From NCBI RefSeq assembly GCF_009914755.1, contig NC_060932.1: a DNA stretch of 64,000 bases. One strand, given 5' to 3'. The stretch is from the human T2T-CHM13v2.0 reference genome, Homo sapiens. The translations under genes and the position numbers were made by a program. The notes below the pieces were generated by a model. The model was not told where the DNA came from, ran no database searches, and was given only the letters and a program-made list of their open reading frames with translations. Each line of letters begins with the position of its first letter. Position 1 is the first letter of the stretch. This document shows, piece by piece, positions 34,099-51,485 of this stretch.

Positions 34099-35099
34099 TG
34101 TCTAGAAAAGAAAATAAATTCAATTAAATTGCCCACATTTATGAACCGTAAGTCAATTTTAAGTTTTTAAAGGTACCAATTAAATCTAAAAAATTCTATC
34201 TTACTCTTGATTATTTTTAAAGTTGGTGCATATATTATTTCCAAGTCTTTCACTCCTAGTAGATTTTCTGCTCTTTGAGTACAGAGTATGTATCTAATTC
34301 TTCCCTGTATCCCCAGTAATGGGCCCATAGGAGGCATCCAATTAATATCTGCTGGTTGAATTCACTAATATCATCAACACAATAACTGTTATTCTCAGCA
34401 GTACCTCACCACCCATCCTTCTGTTAGTCTATATACTACTATGCTATTCTGGTTCCTATCATACTTTAGAGACTGATTCTGCCTCCTTCTTGACTTCTTT
34501 TTTATTCCTTTTTACTCTCCCCACTTTCTCTCCTGTGCATCCCATCAAAATCAGTCCTTAATCCTCCATTTCCTACCTCCCTCTCTCCCTTAATTTACTT
34601 TTATGACTTCCATATTACCTCTATGTGAACGGCCCTTGCCTTGAAGTGTTGGATACTGTCTTTCCTCCGTAGCTAGAGATGCATTAAGCCAGTAAATTCT
34701 ACCTTAAAACATCTCTCAGATCTGCCTTTAATAATGTATATGAGGAATAATTTTTAAAATATTAAGTTAACACATATTGAGCTTTTATTATATGTACAAG
34801 CACTACACTTATGTGCTTTAACTCATTTACTCCTTACAACCCTTTGTAAGAAGTACTATTATCCCCATTTTAAAGATTAAAATTAAAAAACTGACGCAAA
34901 GAGAAGTTAATTTGCCCAATGTCACACTGTCAATAACCAGGAGATGCCAGGACTTACAGCCAGGCAGACTAGATCAGAGCTAACGTTATGTGGTATTGCA
35001 CTTCATGTATAAATATAAAAGCTATACAAAAAAATGGTATAGTATTGCTTAGTTCAGGACTGGATTACTGCTGAAGTCCCTAGGTCCATTTGTTCAAAC

Positions 35100-35590
<491 letters not shown>

Positions 35591-36719
35591 AAGCCATCTG
35601 CACAGTGGCTATCTGGCACCAAGCTATGCGATCGACCTTCCCAATGTTAAAAACCTTCAACAGTTTTCCCAATGTATAAGGGGCAACGTGCCTTGGCTTG
35701 GCATATTACTGGCACTCTGAATCTACCCTAAATCTGCCACACATATCTCCTGTTACGTCCCTATAAACACTGCTCTAGCCAGCCTGGTCTAACTGTTCTC
35801 TTGCACAGACACCTTGAACATTCTTCCTTTTTTTCCTTTGCTCAGTCGTAGTCTTGACTGAAATTTATATCTTCCTTCAATGTAGCCTTACTACATTGTA
35901 AGTAATTAAGGAACTACTTAACTGAAACAGCAATGCTTTTGAACGCCAACAGTATTCCTCCTACTTAAAAAAGAATGCAGTAGAAAATACATGGTTATTA
36001 CAGAAGATGCAAAAAATAAAATACACATAATAAAACCCCTCAAATGAAGTACTCTAAAATCATTCCAAGCCGGGCGCGGTGGCTCATGCCTGTAATCCCA
36101 GCACTTTGGGAGGCCGAGGCGGACGGATCACTTGAGGCCAGGAGTTCGAGACCACCCTGGCCAACATGATGAAACCCCGTTTCCACTAAAAAAAATTAAA
36201 ATTAGCCGGGCGTGGTGACGCGCGCCTCTAATCCCAGCTACTCGGGAGGCTGAGACACGAGGAGGCGGAGGTTGCAGTGAGCCGAGATCACGCCACTGCA
36301 CACCAGCCTGGGCGACAGACTGAGACTCAGTCTCAAAAATAAATAAATAAAAATTAAAATAAAATAATTACAATAGTAACCAAAATCCAATCATTCATCT
36401 AGTATAAATCAATTGCTATATGCCACGTGTGGTAGAGAACCTATATTTTATACACAAAAAATATATATGGAACATAAATAATGACAGTATATATACGGAA
36501 CATACACAGACATGATAGGTATATTGTACATGACACTACCTATAATATACACATGGACCATGAACAGACAGTCTACAAGTGGAGAGGTTTACTAGAGCTG
36601 TAGACCTGAGCAAGGTTCGTGGAGAAAGTAATACACTAGTGGGGGTGTGCGAGTGGAGGGAAATTCTCTGAAAACCACGTAGAAACTGATCATGAAAGAC
36701 ACAGCCCAAAACTGGGACC

Positions 36720-37450
36720 CCGTCAGGAGATGAAAGCCCAACAAGCACCGGGGTTTCGGGCCTGCTACCCAGTAGGGCTGCCTGAGGCAGAGCGCGACGG
36801 AACCGAGCCTACAGGCCACAGCGGTACGAGACCGGCCCAATCCAACCCCGACCCCTGCAAACTTCACGCCAGCCCTCCAGAAAACTTAATTTATTAAACT
36901 CTCACCAGAAGTTTAACACTTGCGTGCAGCTTTTTAAGCTCCAGGTAACACCATCTGGCACGTACGGCGTCTAGGAAGTTCCGGGGAGGATGAACCAGTC
37001 AGGATTCCGCTCACGAGCCGTAGCTCCGCCCACCGAACGGAGCCCCGTCCATAGGCGGAAGTCCCGCCCATAGAGTGAGTTCCCACCCACCTGGCGTAGT
37101 CCCGCCCATAGAGCCAAGTCTAAGGAGCAAGGTGCAGTGAAAAAGCGAAGCCCCACCCATAGAGCGAGGTTCGGAAGTCCAGTCTCATTAGCATCCCTTG
37201 TCTTCCGCGGTGTTGCAGACTTATCCTCAGCTCAAGCGAGTTTGGGGCGTTATGGAGCCAGCCAAGTCTCCCCTTGCTGGCGTGGGTACTTGTGCAGAAA
37301 CTTCCCGAGGTGCTTCTGAGACTGCACAGTGAAGACCGCCGCACCGGAGGTCAGCGCTCCGCCGCGGACTCCCGGCTGACTCTGCCACTCTCCCAGGAGG
37401 AGGCGCTGTGCACCTCTGGGTGGTTTCCAGGGCTCGGCTGGCGGTAGAGG
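36720..37450. promoter_or_regulatory. CpG-island promoter of RBIS (possibly bidirectional)
   Basis: CpG-dense, several CCCGCCC GC boxes and GGAAGT ETS motifs, no TATA box. Confidence 0.85.
36906..36985 (-). other. RBIS: RBIS non-coding exon 1 (5' end approximate)
   Basis: Donor TG|gtgag on - (ctcac at 36901-36905) inside a CpG island; TSS inferred. Confidence 0.65.
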
Positions 37451-37797
37451 GAGCCTTGAGGTTGGAAAAGATCTAGAGCTATAATCTCCGAAAGGAAGAT
37501 TTGTAATGCACTGCGAGTTAGAAATGTTTTTCTCACTGCAGCTTCCTTGTTTCAAAAAGAGAATTTTTGACAGCACTGCAAAGGCACAAGAAACCAGGCA
37601 CAGTATAAAATATACAAATAAAACAGGTACCAAGGAACTTAAAACATTCAACCCATAACGTCGTCTAGGTTTTTCTGCTTTAAGAAAATTGACTCAATTC
37701 TTCCAAGAGAATAACCCTATTAAAGGTAAGTTTTCACATGTGCCTCTATTTATTTTGTTGAGGTCATAGGAAAAGCTGGATTTCAAACAAACGTAGA

Positions 37798-38363
37798 TGT
37801 AAGAATTAAATAGAGGAGAGAAGCACGAAGGGTGGCTTTATAGTCAACAGGGACAGGTTTATTTTAAATAAACCTGAGACTGGCAGCTGGCCAAGTTAGG
37901 TCAGAGCCACACTCTCTTACAGACTAAGAGTTTTTAAGGATTCAGGGTGGGAGAGTTTAACAGAGGCTTGGACTGCTTCTGTGTCTCTTTGCTGTGCTTA
38001 TCTGGGAGGGAGAGTTGTGTGTCTGTTCCCATACATCTTTCTGCAGCTGCAGGCATACCCGCAGCTAAAAGTCTGCTTTTAGCTTCCCTATCTTAGTACA
38101 CCTGAAGGGAAAGGAATGTGCTTATTAAGGCCCACTGTTTCACTGGGGCTCATTGTATGAGGGTGAGGTTTGGTAGTTAGCCAAGAGATTTTCCCCCTAC
38201 TTCACTCTGCCTGAGCTGTCTTATCTGTGTTTTACTGACTGCTCTTTCTATCTGCTTGTAATTAGAAGAGAAGTGATTTCCTTGAAATTCATGAGGCTAG
38301 AAAGGGAGCTGGAACTTAAAAATGGCGGTGTTTGTCCGAGATGACGGTGCTCCTGCTCTGTCA
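37798..38363 (-). mobile_element. Solo ERV1 LTR (LTR10C-like)
   Basis: The - strand begins TGACAGAGCAGGAGCACCGTCATCTCGGACAAACACCGCC; imperfect TSD gtaga/gtaaa. Confidence 0.75.
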
Positions 38364-40734
38364 GTAAAACTGACATTTATATGCCATTTTGTAGCTTACA
38401 AAAGATTTCAGCCTACACTATGCTCAAAATAAGGTGATAAAACCACTCCTGTTTTGCAAGTGATGATACTACTAAGGTTCAGAGTTTAAGCCGTGTGCTG
38501 GCAGCCACACAACTAACTAGAAATTGACAAAGCCAGACGGTTTTGTAAAACTAAGCATTTTTTTAAAACAGTTTTTAAAAAGGTTTTGTAAACTTGATAA
38601 TTCGCAAATCCACATTGGTTAGCACTTGGTCAAGTCCTCTTTCCAACAAACCAGGCACTTGCCTGCTTACAGAAAGATAAGCAATTTTTGCAATAAATCA
38701 TTTAATTATGCCCATCACAAAAAAAATTAAGGAACAGAATATACTAAGGGGAGAGGAATAATTGCTTGCCAATGTATGTTTATTCAAACTTTTGTATTCT
38801 TTCTGACGATCCACCTGTTAAAAACACCTAAAAATGCTGGTATAAAATGCCCATAAAGTGTAAGAGCAAAACAAAAACAGAAAACCGTTAGACTTTTTTA
38901 TAAGGCCAGAGTTATTCACAAATACTGAGGTGAATAAGTTGGGTACAATTATTTGGTTCTTTGAATGTGAGGCTATTGATATATATATACAGAAGGCAAA
39001 GAAATAAATGTAACAGAACGACATTACAGTGTTTATGAAAACTGGTAGGTCTCACTTTTATTTTGAAGTGGCGAAATAACATGGTTATTCAGGCAAGAGC
39101 AGAGGTCTGAGTGAGGAGGCCTGGGTTTTTGGTTTACCTCTCCCACCAACCAACAGTGTGATCTTGGAAAAGTTACTTCATTTCTCTGTGCCTCCCTTTC
39201 CCATATGCATGTAGATAGTCATTATACCCACTTCAGAGAACGTTGATTATCTGCTCAGCATCCCTTTCTGGATAACCACTCTTCTCCGATCAAGTTGTCC
39301 TGGTTGAGCTGATAACTACAGTCCTCCTCTAAGGATTTTCCAGCTAGAGCTGGTGGAAAATGCTGTCTCTTGCATTTGGTGTCTTTGTGCTGGGATGATA
39401 TAAAATCAAGGCTACTAGTGGCCATCTCCTCCAGCAACTTGGAAGAAGTCTTCCTGCAATGAGAGCGACACACACAAGAAGACAGAACTGAACAGACCAG
39501 AGGACTCTGATGCAATCATTTGAGTCCTTGGATTCAGCCATAGATGGAAGAAAGATCCATCCCTTCATTTTTCAAGTACCTGAGCTAAAATATTACCTTC
39601 TTTGAGCTTAAACTACTTTGGGTTGTTTTTATTTTATTTTTTAGTCACTTTAACCTGAAAGAGTCTTGACTCCACTCCTGTCCTACCTACTTCACAGGAT
39701 TATTGTGCAGAGTTAGTGAAATATAAAACATGAAAGCATAAAGTATTACTAAAACAAAAGAAAGGATCATGTTAATTTTCTAAGAGCCATATTTACCCAT
39801 GTTCCAAATGAACCATACATAAAGAAAATAGCTTAAAGATTTTTCATCTTTAAAAATACATGCAAAAATTAAATTTCCAGTTTTTCTAACAATCTTAAAG
39901 ATGAATAAAATCATAAATAGAAAAATAATCTTTCAGAAACCTTAGTTTTCCTGGGATAGACTCGGCAATGCAGAGTTCTTTATACAGACCTGGACCTCAA
40001 ATAATTGTCTTGGAAGCAATTCAACAAGTAAACAAAGATAATTAAGGAGAAGAAGAAAATGAGAACACCACATAAATTACAAACCATCTATAATGAAACT
40101 CATAGTCCTCTAAGGGAACACAGCCAGCCTTGTATAGATGATACTCCATAATTTCTCTTACTTATTTAACCTCCATCTCTTCTCTCCACCACACAGTTTC
40201 ATTAAGTCAAAATAGTTTGGACACCTAGGCTCTGTAGGTGCTCAAAGGAAGTACATACCACATTTCTATCTCTCAGGGCACAATCATCTGGATTGTAAAT
40301 GCACAGGGAACAATGATTCTTGACAGAAAGTGGTAAGAACTATGATAAATGCACAAAATATGCTATTTATGGGTGGAGATAATTCCGAATTCCAGAAACA
40401 TTCATGTTAAAGCTCTTATTTGATTGTCTCAGAGCAGAAATTGGCAGACTTCAGCCCAAAGGCCAGATCCAGCCCACTACTTATTTTTGTATAGCCCACG
40501 AGCTAAGAATGAAGTTGCATCTTAAGATGGGGAAAAACTCAACATAAGAATGATACATAGCAACACATGCATATTCTATTAAATTCATGTTTCTGTGTCC
40601 ACAAAGTGTCACTGCAGCACAGCCATGCTCATTTGTTTACATCTTGTCTGTCTGCTGTCATGCTGTAATGATAATGCTGAGTACTTGCGACAGAAACCGC
40701 ATAGCCTGGAAAGCCTAAAACATTTATTACCTAG

Positions 40735-40875
<141 letters not shown>

Positions 40876-41062
40876 TAGCTGGGATTACAGGCATGCGTCA
40901 CCATGCCCAGCTAATTTTGTATTTTTAGTAGAGATGGGGTTTCTCCATGTTGGTCAGGCTGGTCTCGAACTCCCGACCTCAAGTGATCTACCTGCCCCAG
41001 CCCCCCAAAGTGCTGGGATTACAGGCATGAGCCACTGCGCCCGGCCCTAATTTTTTTTTTAA

Positions 41063-41176
<114 letters not shown>

Positions 41177-42325
41177 TGAGACTACAGGTGCACACCACCA
41201 TGCTTGGCTAATTTTTGTATTTTTTGCAGAGACATGGTTTCACCATGTTGCCCAGGCTGGCCTTGCATTCCTGAGCTCATGTGATCCACCCTCCTTGGCA
41301 TCCCAGATTCTGGGGTTACAGGTGTAAGCCACCACACCCAGCCACCAATTTAAAACTTTAAAACATTGCCAATCCCTATATTAGAGTTGAGCAGCATGGT
41401 GGTATTATTCAGAATATTGCTATTTTATACTCAAATACACAGGCAGCTTAAATGAATTTTTCCTCCCAGCATTTCAAGAAGGTAGAAAAACCTTAATGTC
41501 ATGAGTTTGGGTTCCCTTTCATCTGATGATTATCAATAATTTTCATTCTTCCAGGCTAAAAATGGAAGCTCCCAGTTATGTAGAAGATATTTCCATCTGG
41601 ATCCGTCTTAGAAAGTGAAACAGGAAATGGCTTAATCCTAGAGGAGAAGATAAGACTGGAGAAATTACTGGGGAAAGGGCGGTTAAGGGCTTTCTGCAAG
41701 TGCTTGAGACTATCCCTGTGGCACCCCCTACCACAGCCCTAGGAACAATAGCATAAGATCCTTGCACCAATAAATGTCACAGAAAGGATGGAGTTTTCTG
41801 CCTTTAAATGTAATGTGGACTTTGGCATTGAGCATCTCAGCAGCCACTGTGATGAATTGAAGACCAGAGAAATTTTCCTATTTTCTGGGCACTAGGTAAG
41901 CCACCCACTTCCATATACTTGAGACTGAGATCACATTTTTATGCCAAATTAAGAAGGGAAAGTCAGAGTCAGATTTAATTTTATCTAAAATTTTAAGTTT
42001 TATGATGATTCTAGCACACTTATACTCAAGTATTGAAGTGTTATGATGATCCTCTTTTTGGAGACACAAAGGCTTACTGCAACCTCCGCCTCCTGGGCTC
42101 AGGCGATCCTCCCACCCCTCCTCCTGAGTAGCTCAGATTATAGGCACGTGCCACCATGCCCAGCTAATTTTAATTTTTGTAGAGATGAGGTCTTACTATG
42201 TTGCTCAGGCTGTCCTGGAACTCCTGGGCTCAAGCAATCCTCCTGCCTTGATCTCCCAAAGTGCTAAGATTACAAGCGCGAGTCATCATGCCCCACAGTG
42301 ATGTTTCTTAAACTCAAACATTTTA

Positions 42326-42657
<332 letters not shown>

Positions 42658-43561
42658 TCAATAAATAAATAAAAATAAAAAAGATATATACATATATCTG
42701 TGTACATACACATATACATACAGCATAACATGAGCAAGCCCTAGACCCAGAGATGGACATGTTATGATTGTGGGAAAGGTCTATTATGGGCGGAGGATGG
42801 GGTTGTGGAGATGCTATTGAAGATGAGACTGTAAGATAAACTAATGAAGGGCCTTAACCAAGAAGGGTTCATTTCACTTTAGTATTTTAAAATACTTTAG
42901 TATTTCCAAAAAATAAGGATATTCTCCCTCATAACCACAATGCAGCCATCAAAACTCAAAAAATGGATACTGACACATTACTGCTATCTAATCCATAATT
43001 GTCATTCGGATTCCATTAATTATCCCAATAACATCTTTTATAACAAAAGAATCCTATTCAGGATAAAGTGTTGCATCAGGTTGTCATGTCTCTTTAGGTA
43101 CCTCTTACCTGAATAGAACCTCAATCTTTCCTTGGCTTTCCCGGCTTGACGCTTTTGAAAATAACCGTTCAATCATTTTTTGAAATGTTTTAGAATGTTT
43201 CTTTTTCTATTGTTTCCTCATGATTAGATTTAGTATATACTGTTTTGGGTGATGGGGAGAAAGACAGACAAAAATACCAGAAAAGTAGTGCTGTGATCTT
43301 TCATTGCATCCTATTACTTAGTACATGATTTTATTTGTCCCTTTACAGGGAAATATGAATTTTGATCACTGCATTAAGACAACATCTATCAGGTTTCTCT
43401 CCCATGAAGTTGTCCCTTCTCAGGCCGGGCACAGTGGCTCACACATGTAATACTAGCACTTTGGAAGGCCGAGGCAGGTGGGTCACCTGAGGTCGGGAGT
43501 TCGAGGCCAGCCTGGCTAACATGGGGAAACCCCATCTCTACTAAAAACAATACAAAAATTA

Positions 43562-43741
<180 letters not shown>

Positions 43742-43976
43742 TTACTCCTCTTTTAATCAGTATTTTTTTAGGAGCCAGTTTAAACTATGTAAATATCCCA
43801 TTATTCATCAAACTTTCATGTACTAGTTTTGGTACACATATTGATGTTTCTTGGCTGAATTGTTACTATGATGATTGCCAAATTTTAATTTTTGTATTTC
43901 CATCTTCTTTTCTGCAGTCATCAGTTGACATTTTATTGCTAGTAAAAGCTTTCTCCTCCACCTATGTATTTATTGA

Positions 43977-44189
<213 letters not shown>

Positions 44190-44579
44190 TAATTTTTGTA
44201 TTTTTAGCAGAGACAGGGTTTCACATATTGGCCAGGTTGGTCTCGAACTCCTGACCTCAAGTGATCTGCCCACCTCAGCCTCCCAATGTGCTGGGATTAC
44301 AGAGCTGAGCCACCACGCCTGGCTTCACACTATAGTCTTTTATTATCATAATTTATTTTGATGTTCACATTACCCAGATTTGTACAGTGAGTGCTCCTTC
44401 ACCTGCCCCACTATTTTGATCCATCCCTACCATTCTTTGACCACTTCCTTACTTTCTGGGACAACAAAGCATTCCAGGCTCATTTTGGACCTGTGCTTTG
44501 CCAATCTTAGAATCAGTCATTTCTCCACAGAGCCCTGGTTCCTTTAGGTGACAAATGATACTTAGAAACCAAGATCTGG

Positions 44580-45309
<730 letters not shown>

Positions 45310-46100
45310 CTATCTATCAGTATTCACACGGCACATCAACTGTATTTATTTCTATATGTACACACCATGAGTTCATGCTGATATCTCTAATTTCATTTGA
45401 ATACCAAAGGTTTTAGTTTTCTACCATTCCATTGTTGTCATTTTTTCCTGGCTCCCTTATTTGAAATATATGTACTCATTTGGTTCATCTTCCTGTATGT
45501 AACCAGTCTTCTTTCACTGTTGCCACCTACTTCCCCTACCTCCATGACATGCAGGTGTCCTCCTTACCCCCATGGACTCTCATCCACCTGGGCTGCGGCC
45601 ATCTTCATGTGCTGCCACCTGAATAGGTGGTTTCCCCACCCTGTTCACTCTCTTGCTTTCTGTGGGCTGATGCCGTCTCTCTCCTCCTTATAAGACCTAA
45701 TGTCTTTTAGACTTAAGAAGGAAGGAAGGAAAAAGGAATAGAGAAAGGGAGGGAGGCAGAGAAGCAGATAGCAGAGTTTGAGATTTTATTCTATAGGCAA
45801 CGAAGGACTTGTCCTCCTCTCCACACCCCACCCGCCAAAACACACATGAGATTGCTTATTGTAGGGAATAATTTTGTTAGCTGCATGAAAGTAGCTTAGA
45901 AGAAGGAATGGTTGCAGGCAGGGAAGTAGTGGTTCAGGAAATAAGTGATGAAGCCGAACGAGGAGATAGATATCCTTAGATGACTGTGCACCCACTATGG
46001 CTCCTCTGAGCAGCCAATGCATGACAAACAGTCAATAAAAATTATATGCAGTCTGCATTTCCGTGTAGTTTCTTCATGGGTCAAATAAATATTAGAGCTA

Positions 46101-46226
<126 letters not shown>

Positions 46227-47752
46227 TCAACACCTTATTTCTACCAAAAATACAAAATTAGTTAGACACGGTAGTGTGCACCTGTAGTCTCAGCTCCTCA
46301 GGAAGCTGAGGTGGGAGGAAGCTGAGCTTGGGAGGTTGAGGCAGCAGCAAGCCATGATTGTGTCACTGCACTCCAACCTGGGTGACAGAGCAAGACCCTG
46401 CCTCAAAATAATGAAAGAAAAAAGAGGAAGGGAGGGAGGGAGGAAAGGAAGGAAGGAAGGTAGGAAGAATGGAAGGAAGGAAGGAAGGAAAGGAAAAGAA
46501 ATCTACATTTCTTATGAGGAACCGATCAGATGAACATTTTCATGATTGATTGTGGAAATGGGGAATCTTTTTTTAACCCCCTAATGACAGGAGCATTTAT
46601 TTCTAGACTATAAATGAAAATTTATGACACAGCCTATATAAGAAAATGCAGCAGAATAAACAGGATCCACCACCTTTCTCTCTAGGTCAAATTCCTGGAA
46701 ATATCTGGAGGGTAAGAACCAGTGAATGAAAAGAGATGGTTAATGCTTTGCAGTGAAGGAAAAGTGACTCGCATCAGTAGATTACTATGAAGCTGCAAGA
46801 GGTGAGTCACAGGCTTTAGCTTTTCATGGTATGGTTTCTGTATTCAAATACCATGTTACTTTTATGCATGCTTTTCTCTCGTGCTCTTTTCAGGGCCCAG
46901 AAAAAAAAGTCACCTTGGATTTCCATTCATGAATACATACTTCTGTGACATAGGAGGTGTGAAAGAAGCATTTGCTGAATGAAATAAAACTTCCTGAAAT
47001 GTAAAAATAGGCAAGGGTTTGTAGCCATACACTAAAAATTATTGTAAAGCACTGTCACTGTTAGCATGGCCAAGATATACCTAGAAGAACACTTTTTGTC
47101 TTCTTGTAGCACTGCTTCTTGGATGTGATAGGTGCTCCACAAATATACTATTAATTTAATTAAGCAAATTTGATTTAGAATAATCTCCTGGCCAAATGCC
47201 TAGGGATCTTGAACCTGAACTAATTATAGTCACAAAGAAGGGCTTGCATTTGAAATCTTCGAGGGTTAAGAATGGTCAAATACATGTCACAAAGACAATA
47301 AAAATATTCCAAGGGCATGCGTCGTACTTTTTCACTCTTTATGATACTTGGTTAAAATGCAAGTAATGGTTAAAATAGAGGAACTGTGAAATATTTAGCA
47401 GGTGCATATTTAAAACTCAGAAAGTTGGCAAAGGCAAAGAAGGCAGTGTGCTATTAAATTTAAAAAAATGAAAGGATGCAGTGCTTTGTAATTATCAAGT
47501 TTAATTGATAATGTAAACTCTCAACTATCTAAGTCTCAACTATGATTTTGTGTTTCAGTTGAAAGTGTTATTTTCAGAGTTTACACAGACCAAAGCAGAC
47601 AGTCAAAAACTGAGAGAATGCTTGAAAGAGGTGAAGGAGTGGGTCTTGCAGATATTTAGGGGGAAGGTGCTCCAGGCAGAAAGGCCAAGAGCAGAAGACA
47701 GCGTGGCATGATTAATGAACAGAAAGCAGCACGGCTGAAGGGGGTCACATAG

Positions 47753-48001
<249 letters not shown>

Positions 48002-50898
48002 TAGTAGAGACACGTTTCACCATGTTAGCCAGGATGGTCTCGATCTCCTGATCTCGTGATCCACACTCCTTGGCCTCCCAAAGTGCTGCGATTACAGGCA
48101 TGAGCTGCACCTGGCCCATTCTTTCTTTCTTTAATTATTATTGTTATTAATTTTTGAGGCAGTGTCGCACTCTGTTGCCCAGGCTGGAGTGCAGTGGTGC
48201 GATCTCGACTCACTGCAACCTCCGCCTCCAGGTTCAAGCGATTCTCCTGCCTCAGCCTCCTGTGTAGCTGGGACTACAGGCATGCACCACCATGTCCACT
48301 AACTTGTATTTTTAGTAGAGATGGAATTTCTTCATGTTGGCCAGGTTGGTCTCGAACTCCAGACCTCAGGTGATCCGCCTGCCTTGGCCTCCCAAAGTGC
48401 TGAGATTACAGGTGTGAGCCACTGCCCCCAGCTTTTTTGATATATTTCTTTACAATCTTTTTTTCTAGGCATATATACTATATTGCTTATTAAAATTTCT
48501 GTGTAGATACTATTTTATAATCTATATATATATACACTTTAATAAGTAGTTTGGAAATATGGCATTTAATGTCTTTCAAAAATTATATCATTTTGATATA
48601 CATAAGTTGTTTTAACCCTTTTCTTATCATTATCACTTCTGTTGTTTCTAGAGCTTTTTTCTGTTATAAATACACTGTAATTAACATCCGTTTGAATAAT
48701 CTTTGACAGAATCTCTTAATATTTTCTCAGGCAGCGTGTCTATCAATAAGATCTAAAGTTATGAATACGCTTAAAATTCTTGATTTAAATTACCAATTTT
48801 TTTCCAGAAGATCATATATTCTACATTTCTACCAATAGTGTATGGACATGGCTGTTTCGCCATATTCTTATTACACAAATTGTTTATACATTTTTGGTGG
48901 GTTTTTTTGTTTGTTTTTTTGTTTTGTTTTTTTTGAGACAGAGTCTTGTTCTGTCATCCAGTCTGGAGTGCAGTGGTGCAATCTCAGCTTACTGCAACCT
49001 CCGCCTCCTGGGTTCAAACTATTCTCCTGCCTCAGCCTCCCGAGTAACTGGGACTACAGGCATGTACCAGCACGCCCAGCTAATTTTTGTATTTTTAGTA
49101 GAGATGGGGTTTCACCTTGTTGGCCAGGCTGGTCTCGAATGCCTGACCTTGGGTAATCCACTTGCCTGGGCATCCCAAAGTGCTGAGATTACAGATGTGA
49201 GCCACCACGCCTGGCCACTCTTTTTTTTTTTTGAGACAGGATCTTGCTCGCTTTGTTGCCCAGGCTGGAGTGCACTGGTGAGATCACTGCTTACTGAAGC
49301 CTCCATCTCCTGGGCTCAAGCGATCCTTGCACCTCATTGAGTAGCTGGGGCCACAGGATTGTGCCATCACACCCAACTAATTTTTGTATTTTTTTTTTTT
49401 TTTTTGGAGACAGGGTTTCACCATGTTGCCTAGGCTGTTCTCAAATGCCCAGGCTCAAGTGATTCACCCACCTCAGCCTCCCAAAGTGCTGGGATTACAG
49501 GCATGAGCCACCGTGCCCAGCCTGATACGTTTTTAGAAGCAGAAAAAATTTGATTAGGAAGAAAGGGCATACAGATTGTTTTAAAATTATACATCTTTTG
49601 AATTTTGTTTTAGGCTTATAGTATAGTGGAGTATTTTTTTGTGTCTGTGAAATTAACTGATTGCTTAGGAGTTAAAACTGACAAAACTTAGAGGTGAAGA
49701 GAAAAAGAGAAAATCAGAAATTAATGTGACTATGAAGTTTCTGGTTTGTGCATCTGGTGGATGGTGGTACCATTGGATGAGATAGAAATGTGACAGGGAA
49801 GTTGGGACAGGGAAAAACTGTATAATTCCATGTGAACAATTTAAGTTGAAGTCATTGGATCTAATTCAGTAGATCTAGAGCTGTGCCGCCAGCATAATAG
49901 CCACTAGCCTCATATGGCTATTGAGCTCTTGTAATGTGGCTACCCTGAATTGAGATGTGCTGTCAGAATAAAATGTACACCAGATTTGGAACTCTTTGTA
50001 AGAACAAAGAAGGTAAAAGATAAATGATAGTATCAGTTAAGATCCAATCAGGAGACAAATCACACAGTAATTTGAACAGGGAAAGTTTACTGTAAAGAAT
50101 TATTAAGTATAATGGGGCAACTATAAAGATGTAAAAGATAACTCTAAACAATATCCCGAGGCTAAGGAAGTTTCTAATGAGGGACAAACTTGGATGCCAG
50201 CCTCCGTTCCAAAGGGATTCAGATCACTGGAGAAGATACGGTTGCAACCCAGTGGATGACAGAGAAGTTTGCTGGGTTGTCCAGGTCTGAGCTGGTCCAC
50301 AGTTACTAGACAAGCGAGAAACAGGGTACAGGTGGGCTAAGACTGGTGTGCAAGACTACAGGTATGCAGAGGGACTCAAAGCATTGGGAACAACTCTGGC
50401 TGACAGATGCATAGCCTAGAGTGGACAGTGTCCATGTCAGGAGGCCATGGGAAACACTCTTTGGGGTGCAGGCAGACTAGGGCTGGTGGGCAGGTATGCA
50501 GAGGGAGTTGGGGCATCTGCTTGCCAATAGGGTGGCATGAGGCCTGGAGTATGTGGGGTTTGTTTTGGGAGGGGCAGTGAGGTGGTCACTGGGTTAGGGC
50601 TAGGGTTGTCAGCTTACTGAGAGACTGCATACTCTTGAGTGTGCTGCTGGGCCGGAGTGCCTGGATGTCTCTATACACGGCCACATGTGGCTGCTGAAAG
50701 CAGCCCAGCAGGAACAAGAATAAAACAAAAAACACAGCATTCAGGAACCAGGAAGAGAAGTTCCTTTCTCCAGCAATGACCTTCTACTGAAGAAAGCTTA
50801 ACATTATGCTTGCTGCAAAAAAGAAATGCTTAAAGCTTCATTATCACAGAGCTGGTAATGCAGGGTAAAATTAGACGTGAAAGACAATAAATTGATAA

Positions 50899-51226
<328 letters not shown>

Positions 51227-51485
51227 TGACTAATGTTGAAATGATATTTTTGATGTATTAGGTTAAATAATATATATCATTAAGAATAATTTCACTTTCC
51301 TTTTTAGTTTTTAAAGTGTACCTAGTCAAAAATTTAAGTAACATATATGCTTAGCACTTGGACAGTTCTGGAATGGATGTCTAAGCTAGGTAGATTACTT
51401 CCATAAGAACTGATGGAAGGGCCTAGGAGGAGAGTGTAGAGAGAGGAGAGATTATAGGCCCCAAACCCCCAAATTTAAAGGTTGG

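Noticed and set aside
37001-37165. Repeat array as CRISPR-like
   Set aside because: The units are degenerate, abut without unique spacers, and sit in a mammalian CpG island with no cas genes.
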